Shown here: one piece after another, positions 25,535-32,519 of the stretch
How positions within the stretch are numbered: the stretch's first letter is position 1
How the letters are laid out: every line of letters starts with the position of its first letter
IMG/VR virus record: IMGVR_UViG_3300025635_000056
Span: 1 to 39,810 of that record
DNA from: a virus
Taxonomy: Duplodnaviria > Caudoviricetes
DNA: 39,810 nucleotides
Reading direction: 5' to 3' (one strand)
Position numbers and translations under genes: made by a program
The notes under the pieces: model-generated
What the model was told of the DNA's origin: nothing
Databases searched by the model: none
The model's input: only the letters and a program-made list of their open reading frames with translations

Positions 25535-25849
25535 CTAGCGCCAGCTGAAGAGGAGGTCGACTCGACGATTTCTGGTGACCATGGTCTGTACAGACACCCC
25601 TGGCAGGTGTTCTGAGATGGCCTGCAACTGATCCGGTGTTATCTGATCGAGCCTCTGGTCTGACCAGACCAGCGACTGCTCCCCTCGTGTCGCTGCTGCT
25701 CTGAGCACGTTTCGGAGGTCGTCGAGCAGCGGAGCCACCTGAGAGCGAGCCCGACTCAAAGCGGCGTCTCGTCGCCGGCTGTCGGCCAGCTCCTCGGCCT
25801 GTCTAGCCTGAGCTACGAGTACCTGCAGCTCGTCCCGACTCAGAGTCAT
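25535..25849 (-). CDS. Hypothetical protein (104 aa), similar to 36344-36643
   Basis: ATGA-coupled to the upstream gene; LRAAATRG...FSWR. Confidence 0.6.
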   Translation of the reverse strand: MTLSRDELQVLVAQARQAEELADSRRRDAALSRARSQVAPLLDDLRNVLRAAATRGEQSLVWSDQRLDQITPDQLQAISEHLPGVSVQTMVTRNRRVDLLFSWR

Positions 25850-26133
25850 CGCACGTACCCTGGCGCGTGCGTGTCCATCTCGTCGGGTCGGCCGGCCGGG
25901 TACACGCTGACGTTGCCGTCTCGGTCGATGCTCCAGTCGCATCGCGTGGCGTCGAGGTGCTCAGCCAGCACCGAGGCGCAGCGGCCGGCCTCACCGCCGA
26001 CCACGCGAGCGAACATCGCGGCGCGGCCGCCGTGAGTCCAGGCCACGTCGGCCTCGAGCAGCTCGACCAGCACCTCGGGCGTCACATCGGGCCGCCTATC
26101 TACCACCGTCGTCTCGTCGTCCCTGCGTGCCAT
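25846..26133 (-). CDS. Hypothetical protein
   Basis: Strong AGGAGG RBS; first gene after the 26223-26251 promoter. Confidence 0.65.
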   Translation of the reverse strand: MARRDDETTVVDRRPDVTPEVLVELLEADVAWTHGGRAAMFARVVGGEAGRCASVLAEHLDATRCDWSIDRDGNVSVYPAGRPDEMDTHAPGYVR

Positions 26134-26222
26134 GTGCGCCTCCTAAAAAGGGACCTCGGCGGTCTTTCACCCACAATCCCACGCCGAGGTCAGCAGCACG
26201 ACACCCCTGCCGTGCTGGTAAA

Positions 26223-26251
26223 ATAGTAACGCGATTTGCTCTGGCTGTCAA
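26223..26251 (-). promoter_or_regulatory. Consensus sigma70 promoter
   Basis: Minus strand TTGACA-N17-TACTAT, followed by a structured leader of about 85 nt. Confidence 0.75.
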
Positions 26252-26487
26252 GCCACTCGGACGACGTAGACCAGCGTCATCGGCCCGCGCGCACCAACAC
26301 GCACCTTGCGCACATCGAACTTGATGCGGCGGCGCTTGCGCAGCGCGCGGATCATCGTGTAGCCGGTCATGGCGGCGCAGCCCATTGCCTCAGCCAGCGC
26401 TGCTGCGGTCAGGCCGTTGTCGCCCGCCGACAGCAGGTGCTGGTAGGCCGCATCAAGGCGCGCGTTGTAATCATCAGCTCGTGGCAT
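26248..26487 (-). CDS. Small winged-HTH protein
   Basis: GLTAAALAEAMGCAAMTGYTMIRALRKR; GAGG RBS. Confidence 0.65.
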   Translation of the reverse strand: MPRADDYNARLDAAYQHLLSAGDNGLTAAALAEAMGCAAMTGYTMIRALRKRRRIKFDVRKVRVGARGPMTLVYVVRVA

Positions 26488-26496
26488 TTTTTCCTC

Positions 26497-27015
26497 TCAG
26501 GTCGCGCCGCGCAGTACGCGGCCGGAGCGCAGGCGCCCAAAATACCACAGTCCGAGGCCGACCGCATCCCAGATGTTGTGCTGCAGTCCTGTCGCCACGC
26601 CGCGGAGCTCCACACGCCCGAACTCGGCTGACATCAGGCTGGGCTGCACGCACTTCGCAATGAACGCATCACCGTCCCGCTGGCCTTTCCAGTCTCGAGG
26701 CTCGACGGTCATGCAGTCCGCGGCGCTCGCGCACAGAGCGCCGACCACGACCGAGAGGTCAAGCAGGTCGTTCGGATTCCGCGTCCGCCCCCCGGGGTAC
26801 ACACGCGGGCACTCCACGAGCACGTGGGTCAGGTGGACTATCTCACGGACTGCGGCGGCGAGCGTCGTCGCCTGCTGTCCAATGTCCTCGACACGAGGCA
26901 CTGGACCGACGAGATACGCACCAGCGAGCTCATCGCGCTCCCAAATCGAGACCCCGACGCTACGCACGCCGGGGTCCAGGCACGCCAGGCGAGGGACAGG
27001 ATCACCGCGCTTCAC
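26497..27015 (-). CDS. RuvC-like Holliday junction resolvase
   Basis: CLDPG..SVGV, VLVECP, PRDWKG and HNIWDAVGLG motifs. Confidence 0.8.
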   Translation of the reverse strand: MKRGDPVPRLACLDPGVRSVGVSIWERDELAGAYLVGPVPRVEDIGQQATTLAAAVREIVHLTHVLVECPRVYPGGRTRNPNDLLDLSVVVGALCASAADCMTVEPRDWKGQRDGDAFIAKCVQPSLMSAEFGRVELRGVATGLQHNIWDAVGLGLWYFGRLRSGRVLRGAT

Positions 27016-27230
27016 AGACCCACCGCCCTCATGGACTGAGACTGAGCCTCAGCCATGGTGTTCGCCCAGCCGCAGTCCAGTTCGTCAAAGCCAGCTAATG
27101 CAGGTTGGTGAACGGACCAACGCCACATCAGCCGACCTCGCTTCTCTACGCGAAGGACCCTGCGATCCCTGAGCACCATCTCGACGTCTGTTACGTCCCA
27201 AACTGGGTATGTGATCACATCAGCCCCCAT
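27012..27230 (-). CDS. Hypothetical protein (72 aa)
   Basis: MGADVITYPVWDV...; overlaps both neighbours. Confidence 0.45.
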   Translation of the reverse strand: MGADVITYPVWDVTDVEMVLRDRRVLRVEKRGRLMWRWSVHQPALAGFDELDCGWANTMAEAQSQSMRAVGL

Positions 27231-27520
27231 TGGATTTCGTCGTCCGCGACCTTCTCGGTCGTCGAGTACACGGTCCGGGACTCGGCGTCGAGGCGCCAAA
27301 CCAGGCGGTGCACGTTGGGCTCGCGTGCTATCCAGACGCCGTCGGGCAGCTCGACCGTGGTGATTCGAGCGCTCTTCGGGCCGAGCCAACTGCAGTCTCG
27401 GCACTCGACCCAGAAACGCCATGCGCGGGAGTTCGGGTTGATGTGCGAGTTCAGCATCAGGCGTCCTCGCCTGGCGCCGCCGCACAGGTGCCACTTGTTT
27501 TCGAGGCCGAGGCTCACCAC
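27215..27520 (-). CDS. Hypothetical protein with a CxxC motif
   Basis: HLCGG and VECRDC; packed within the operon. Confidence 0.5.
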   Translation of the reverse strand: MVSLGLENKWHLCGGARRGRLMLNSHINPNSRAWRFWVECRDCSWLGPKSARITTVELPDGVWIAREPNVHRLVWRLDAESRTVYSTTEKVADDEIQWGLM

Positions 27521-27966
27521 ATCCTCGCGATCACGCTGAGACGGCGCAGCTCGAGCGGCCGATCGCGCGGGTACATCGAGAGCGCTCGAGCCGGCTGTTT
27601 GAGCGCCTCGATGAGCGTGTCGGTGTCGGGGCAGTCGATCGCGGTGTGCCAGAACGGGGACTCGATGCCGGCCCGCGAGCCGACCGTGACGATGGGCTTG
27701 AGCATGCCGTGCGCGAGACCCATCTCGAAAAATGTGTTCCGCTGGTTGCGGTGGGGGAGCACGACGAGCACGTCCGCATCGACGACCCCAGCGATGTCGA
27801 GCGAACCCATCCGCTGCAGGTAGTCGTCGAACGTCTCTCCGTTCGGAGGCTCGTCCGAGAACGTCGTCCAGTCGCAGGTGATGGTGTGTTCCGCCGCACG
27901 GAGTGCAGCCATTGTTGACTGCACCAACGCCTTGTTGTGCCAGCTGCTCGCTACGTAGATTTTCAT
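27514..27966 (-). CDS. Nucleoside 2'-deoxyribosyltransferase / dNMP N-glycosidase-like protein
   Basis: MKIYVASSW, DIAGVVDADVLVVL and FFEMGLAHG motifs. Confidence 0.75.
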   Translation of the reverse strand: MKIYVASSWHNKALVQSTMAALRAAEHTITCDWTTFSDEPPNGETFDDYLQRMGSLDIAGVVDADVLVVLPHRNQRNTFFEMGLAHGMLKPIVTVGSRAGIESPFWHTAIDCPDTDTLIEALKQPARALSMYPRDRPLELRRLSVIARMW

Positions 27967-28175
27967 CGGTGTGCTCCCACTGCTGCCATCGTCGCCAACA
28001 TCGCCCAAATCAACAGGCCCAGCATGATCCACCGGGCCGCGCTGATCGCCTGTTCCTGCCGCTCGATGTACCGTCGGTCATCCGCGTGCTGGCGCAGCTC
28101 GAGCTTTGCCGTGCGCAGGGCCTGCAGCAGCTCGGCGCGAGTCCAGCCATCGTAAGGGTTCTTCGGATCACTCAT
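27963..28175 (-). CDS. Small coiled-coil membrane protein
   Basis: MSDPKNPYDGWTRAELL...; C-terminal hydrophobic helix. Confidence 0.5.
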   Translation of the reverse strand: MSDPKNPYDGWTRAELLQALRTAKLELRQHADDRRYIERQEQAISAARWIMLGLLIWAMLATMAAVGAHR

Positions 28176-28584
28176 TGACGTTGCCCTCCAGGGGGAGACC
28201 CTCGTCCGCTCGGGCCTCTGCTGCAGCCACGGTGAACCCGGCGGGGTATCGCGCGCGCAACTTCGCCTTGTTTGCCTCGGCGACTTCGGACAGCGACAGG
28301 CCCAGGTCAGCAGCCAGCGCGCCGACGTACCAGAGCACGTCGCCGAGTTCCTTCTTGGCCTTCTCGATGTCCAACGGCTGCCCGTGTCCAAGGTGCTTTT
28401 TGAGCAGGTCGATGATCTCCCCGGCCTCGCCAGCGAGTCCCATCGCATGCACCATGGTGTCGTAGGTCTGTCGCACCGGCGCCAGCAACGCGGAGCCTGC
28501 GAGGAAACGCGCGTGCTCCGGGTACGACTCAGGATCTCGCTGCAGCGTCCGGCGCACTTCCTCCTGATACTCGTCCAATGTCAC
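28168..28584 (-). CDS. MazG-like nucleotide pyrophosphohydrolase
   Basis: MTLDEYQ, GLAGEAGE, KELGDVLWY and N.AKLRARYP motifs. Confidence 0.9.
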   Translation of the reverse strand: MTLDEYQEEVRRTLQRDPESYPEHARFLAGSALLAPVRQTYDTMVHAMGLAGEAGEIIDLLKKHLGHGQPLDIEKAKKELGDVLWYVGALAADLGLSLSEVAEANKAKLRARYPAGFTVAAAEARADEGLPLEGNVNE

Positions 28585-29189
28585 AGGGGCACCTCGGGGA
28601 TGCGCGACCGGATGATATCGCAGATGTCCCGCCTGGCGGCGGCGTAGGCGGCGTCGGCGGCGTAGGCGGCGTCGGCGGCGTCGGCGGCGCGGGCGGCGGC
28701 GGCGCGGGCGGCGTAGGCGGCGTAGGCGGCGTCGGCGGCGTAGGCGGCGTCGGCGGCGTAGGCGGCGGCGCGGGCGGCGGCGGCGCGGGCGGCGTAGGCG
28801 GCGGCGCGGGCGGCGGCGGCGCGGGCGGCGGCGTAGGCGGCGGCGGCGTAGGCGGCGGCGTCGTCGGCGGCGTCGGCGGTGGCGCGGGTTGCCTCGCTAG
28901 GCGCATCGGCCCACGCCAGTGCTGCCGCGATGGCCCGCGCGGACACATCGCGCAGCGCTCCCGGCGGAATCAGGTGCTGCACGGACAATGCGGTGTCCAC
29001 TGCGACACGCACCAGCGTCACCTGAGTAGCGGTGCCGCGCCCCGCCAGCCACAGCAGCCAGCTGGGTTCCTCGCAACGTTGCCACAGCTCCTGCGCCGTT
29101 GACTCAGCGGGCTGCGCCTGCACCCAGTCGGTCGCTGGAGCGCAGGCGTCGTGAGCCTGCATCCAGTCCAGCAGTTCGTCTCTCGTCAT
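28581..29189 (-). CDS. Ala/Tyr-repeat protein, copy A (resembles Imm5-like phage proteins)
   Basis: GGAG RBS before ATG 29189; HDAC...WLLWLA; AAYAA repeats; ends DIIRSRIPEVPL. Confidence 0.75.
   Translation of the reverse strand: MTRDELLDWMQAHDACAPATDWVQAQPAESTAQELWQRCEEPSWLLWLAGRGTATQVTLVRVAVDTALSVQHLIPPGALRDVSARAIAAALAWADAPSEATRATADAADDAAAYAAAAYAAARAAAARAAAYAARAAAARAAAYAADAAYAADAAYAAYAARAAAARAADAADAAYAADAAYAAARRDICDIIRSRIPEVPL
28634..28880 (-). repeat. Coding low-complexity tandem repeat (GCC/TAC/GAC/CGC codons)
   Basis: Runs of GGCGGC interrupted by GTA, GTC and GCG on the plus strand. Confidence 0.9.
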
Positions 29190-29285
29190 TTTGGTCGCTC
29201 CTGAAAAAGGCGAGAGTGTGCGTCGTCTGACAGCGCAAGCCATGCTTGAAGGAGAGAACACGGCGCCGCACAGCTCTCTGGATTA

Positions 29286-31358
29286 CTATTTAGCCGATGG
29301 CGACCACAGAGTCAACACACCGTCGCGGTACACAGGCTCGGCCGATTTGCTCCAATGCGTCATCAACGCGGCGTCGACGCGCTTGGGGCGCACGTCGGGG
29401 CAATACTCGGCTAGCGCAACGTCCATCAGTCGCGCCTGCTCTGGCCCAGCCACATGCGCGCGGTCGGCAGGTAGCGCGCTCAGCAGCTCGTCGTGGATCA
29501 TTCCGAGCAGCCGACTATCCCAGAGTGGCGAGGTCTCGTCACAGTACATCGCGCGTGACACCAGGCGTGTCGCCCGTTTTGCCAGGTCCGCAGCCAGGCC
29601 GCTGAACATCGTGTTCGCGGCGTCGCAGAATGACAATCCTCCGCGGATTCGCTTGCTTATGAGCTGCTCTAGCTCGCCAGCGGCGTCGACGCGCGCAGTA
29701 ACCCACGCGAAAAATATGCGCATCTCAGGGACGAACTCGAACCAGGTGGTGCGTAACTGCTCTGTTAGCGACAGACATAGTTCGCAGATAGGGGCGTCGA
29801 GCTCCTGATTTCGGTAGCGTCGAGTAGTCCGCACTCCGCACAGCGCTCCGCGCCCGCGGCACTGTCGACAGCTCGAGTCCTCTCCGCAGCATGAGCACAG
29901 CGGAGCCTGACCCATCAAGATGCAGACGTGCAAGCCCTCGCGGCGCTTTGCGACCACGAATCGAGGCGGGCCCATCCCACCAGGGAAACCGAAATTCCCG
30001 GCTTTGCAGGCTTGTCTGATATTGTTGAGCCTCTTATCCTTCGGTCGCGCGCCGTGGAACGCCTCGTAGGTTGTATTGGTGAGCAACCCCCCAAACGCGT
30101 CGTGCAGGTCGACGCCGTCGTTGATGCGGCGCTGCAGGCTGTTCTCGCCAAACAAGGCGAACAGCACCTGCGCGAGCGTCGTCATCTCCAGTGCAGGGTA
30201 GTCCGTCGAGCAGAGCACGTAGCCCTCCGGCACCGTGAACGCCTCGCGCACGCCCGGCGCTCGCGGCATCAGCTGGATGACTCCGTCGTTCGACGTCCGT
30301 CCGTTGGCCAACAACACGTTCGGACGGAACGACAGCGGCGCCGTGGAGCCGGACTCGAGAACCGGCAGGTACGTGTCGCGTAGCTTGAACGCCTCGCCGA
30401 GCTCCGCGAGCGCCTCTAGGTCCGCGTTGCCGGACTGCTCGAGGGTGTCCCGGTCCGCTCGAATGCCGCCAGTCGGCGTGGTGGGCGCCTCCGGCGCGTG
30501 GAGCCCCGTCGCGCTGCACGCCTTGCACTGCACCTCGTTGCCTGTTTTGGGACTAGTCGCGCGCCCCGAGCCGCCGCACACCGTGCAAGGCTGCGTAGCT
30601 CCGTAGGCCCTGGCTACCGCGACTCGTACAGCCTGCTGGTTCGGTCGGTCGTCTTCGGTCAGCAGGTCCACCGAGCGCAGGTGCACGCGCTCAGGGGCGA
30701 TGGTCTCCTCGATGCGCTGGCGCAACGCTTCCACGCGCTCAGGGTCGGTGCGCCAACCCCACAGCGCTGCCAGGTGCAGACACCAGGCGGTGTAGGACTG
30801 CGCGGCAATCTCGTGTCTGTTGCGAGCGTCGCGCTGAGCGCGTGCCACGAGTTCGGTATTCGTGACGTCGTCGAGTGGATACTGCGCGACGCTCGACGGG
30901 TCGGGACAGCCCAGCAGCTCGGCATGCCGGGTCCAGTGCTCGAGGGGCACGCCGCGAAACAGGGCGTAGCGCAGTCGAGCCCAGTCGTGGCGCTTGGCAT
31001 CATCGCGCCGCAGTCGTCCCTCGACGACCGATTCGAGAGCATACCTGTGCGCCAGCCGCCCCTCGGCGATGTCGTGCAGCGCCTCAGCCACCAATACGTC
31101 GTAGACACGCCCGGCCTCGTAGGCGTCGAACACCTGGCGCACCAGCGTGGGGCGCTCGGCGCATACGACCCCAAGATCGTATGCGATGTTAGCCCCGACC
31201 AGCACATCACCAGCTGCTAGTGCCTGCGCGATTCGCTCGGTCAGGTCCGCGCAGAGCTCGGCTCGCCCGTCCTCGGAGATCGAGCCGACCACAGCAGGCG
31301 GCGCCCCCAGGCCGGGCTGAACGATGTCGGTCTCATAGTCGATGGTGAGAACGCGCAC
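29286..31358 (-). CDS. polA: Family A DNA polymerase with 3'-5' exonuclease (start GTG 31358 preferred; ORF open to 31466)
   Basis: Exonuclease motifs IDYET, GANIAYD, YPLDD; motif A STDYPALE; motif B RQACKAGNFG; motif C IHDE. Confidence 0.93.
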   Translation of the reverse strand: MRVLTIDYETDIVQPGLGAPPAVVGSISEDGRAELCADLTERIAQALAAGDVLVGANIAYDLGVVCAERPTLVRQVFDAYEAGRVYDVLVAEALHDIAEGRLAHRYALESVVEGRLRRDDAKRHDWARLRYALFRGVPLEHWTRHAELLGCPDPSSVAQYPLDDVTNTELVARAQRDARNRHEIAAQSYTAWCLHLAALWGWRTDPERVEALRQRIEETIAPERVHLRSVDLLTEDDRPNQQAVRVAVARAYGATQPCTVCGGSGRATSPKTGNEVQCKACSATGLHAPEAPTTPTGGIRADRDTLEQSGNADLEALAELGEAFKLRDTYLPVLESGSTAPLSFRPNVLLANGRTSNDGVIQLMPRAPGVREAFTVPEGYVLCSTDYPALEMTTLAQVLFALFGENSLQRRINDGVDLHDAFGGLLTNTTYEAFHGARPKDKRLNNIRQACKAGNFGFPGGMGPPRFVVAKRREGLHVCILMGQAPLCSCCGEDSSCRQCRGRGALCGVRTTRRYRNQELDAPICELCLSLTEQLRTTWFEFVPEMRIFFAWVTARVDAAGELEQLISKRIRGGLSFCDAANTMFSGLAADLAKRATRLVSRAMYCDETSPLWDSRLLGMIHDELLSALPADRAHVAGPEQARLMDVALAEYCPDVRPKRVDAALMTHWSKSAEPVYRDGVLTLWSPSAK
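29288..29316 (-). promoter_or_regulatory. Putative promoter embedded in the polA 3' end
   Basis: Minus strand TTGACT-N17-TAAATA(GTAA); same layout as the site in the primase 3' end. Confidence 0.45.
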
Positions 31359-31521
31359 GCAGGCCTCGCTGCTGTGGGAGTAGAGCCGGTCTCTCCCCGG
31401 CGGAGTCACGTCTGCGCTGACGTTTGCGTGGCGGTAGGTTAGCCCCGGAGCGGGCTTATCGAGCACCAGCCGCTGGCCCGGGCCGACGTGACGATGCGTC
31501 GGCGTTCAACCAGGCTGATGG

Positions 31522-32280
31522 CTAGAACAGCCCGGCGAGAGGGTCGCCGCTCCGCGCCTGAGCGGGTGCCGCAGCCGGAGGGGCGGGCGGCGGCGCGTAC
31601 TGCTGAACCAGGCCGGCGGGGGGTGCCGCGGGCGTTGGCGGTGCGACGTACTGCGGCGCAGTCTGGGGAACTGCGGCGGGCGCGGGCGGCTGCGCGCCGA
31701 CGATGGCGGCGGCAGTTCCAGCGGCGCGGGCGTCGAGGAAGGCGCGCCCAGCAGTCAGCGTCTCGCGCGTCTGCCCTGGGCAGAGCGTGAACTTCTGGCG
31801 AGGGTAGAGCTGGCCGGCGTTCTTGCCAGACTTGATCACCGCAGGACTGGTGCTGATGCGCATACGCAGTCCACGCAGCGGGTTGCTGACGTGCGCCCAC
31901 GCCTTCATCTTCTCGGCGATCTCCTGAGACAGCGCGGGGTCGGCCTTGTTCTCGGCGCGCTGAAGCACGGCCAGCACGAACGCCCGTCCGCCGCCGGCGT
32001 TGCGCTTGTCGAGCAGATTGCTGATGACACCGACCGTCGACCCCACGGCGCTCGGCAGCAGCGGCTGTTGGGTAGCGGGGTCGACGAGCCCCGACGGCAG
32101 CGCCGACTCGATGTAGAACTCGACGATGAAAAGCAGCGCGCGAGGCTTGCTCTTGTCGCCCGACTCCTTGATGATGAGCTTCTCGACCAGCGTCACGTAG
32201 TCGCCGTGACCCAACCGGTTGCCCGACTCAAACGACTCGGCCTGATTGATGAGTCCGATTGCCTCGTCCAGAATGTCCAT
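31522..32280 (-). CDS. Putative single-stranded DNA-binding protein
   Basis: Between helicase and polymerase; beta-rich core, Pro/Ala linker and short tail ending in Phe (DPLAGLF); strong RBS and its own promoter. Confidence 0.6.
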   Translation of the reverse strand: MDILDEAIGLINQAESFESGNRLGHGDYVTLVEKLIIKESGDKSKPRALLFIVEFYIESALPSGLVDPATQQPLLPSAVGSTVGVISNLLDKRNAGGGRAFVLAVLQRAENKADPALSQEIAEKMKAWAHVSNPLRGLRMRISTSPAVIKSGKNAGQLYPRQKFTLCPGQTRETLTAGRAFLDARAAGTAAAIVGAQPPAPAAVPQTAPQYVAPPTPAAPPAGLVQQYAPPPAPPAAAPAQARSGDPLAGLF

Positions 32281-32306
32281 TGTGGTCGCCTCCTAGTGCG
32301 ACGCGT

Positions 32307-32335
32307 GTTGTACAGCGTGTGTTACTGTTTGTCAA
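32307..32335 (-). promoter_or_regulatory. Sigma70-like promoter with AAACAGTAA in the spacer
   Basis: Minus strand TTGACA-N17-TACAAC upstream of the SSB gene. Confidence 0.65.
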
Positions 32336-32519
32336 ACGTAGCGAGCACTGCGAGGTTCCGTAGCGTCGCCTCGAGCGTCGCCGCTCGGAGCTCTCCGACG
32401 AGCACCCCGGCACTGTAGACGTACGCGACGGGTCCGACGAACGACACCCCAGCGCCAGGCCTCAGCAGCGCCTCGCGGATGGCCTGTTCACTCTCGGTCA
32501 ACGGCAACGTCACTCCCAT
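32322..32519 (-). CDS. Hypothetical protein (about 65 aa)
   Basis: Fills the gap between helicase and SSB. Confidence 0.45.
   Translation of the reverse strand: MGVTLPLTESEQAIREALLRPGAGVSFVGPVAYVYSAGVLVGELRAATLEATLRNLAVLATFDKQ

Noticed and set aside
28529-29102. Poly-Pro and poly-Gly ORFs over the repeat tracts (also 36564-36921)
   Set aside because: Alternative frames of the GCC-rich tract; only the Ala frame has an RBS, conserved termini and gene coupling.
27514-31358. 2-aminoadenine (Z) genome pathway suggested by MazG plus an unusual PolA
   Set aside because: No PurZ-like or HD-domain dATPase gene is visible.
31370-31445. tRNA-like element upstream of polA
   Set aside because: One arm has 5-bp stem/7-nt loop geometry, but there is no TTC loop consensus, acceptor stem or D-arm.
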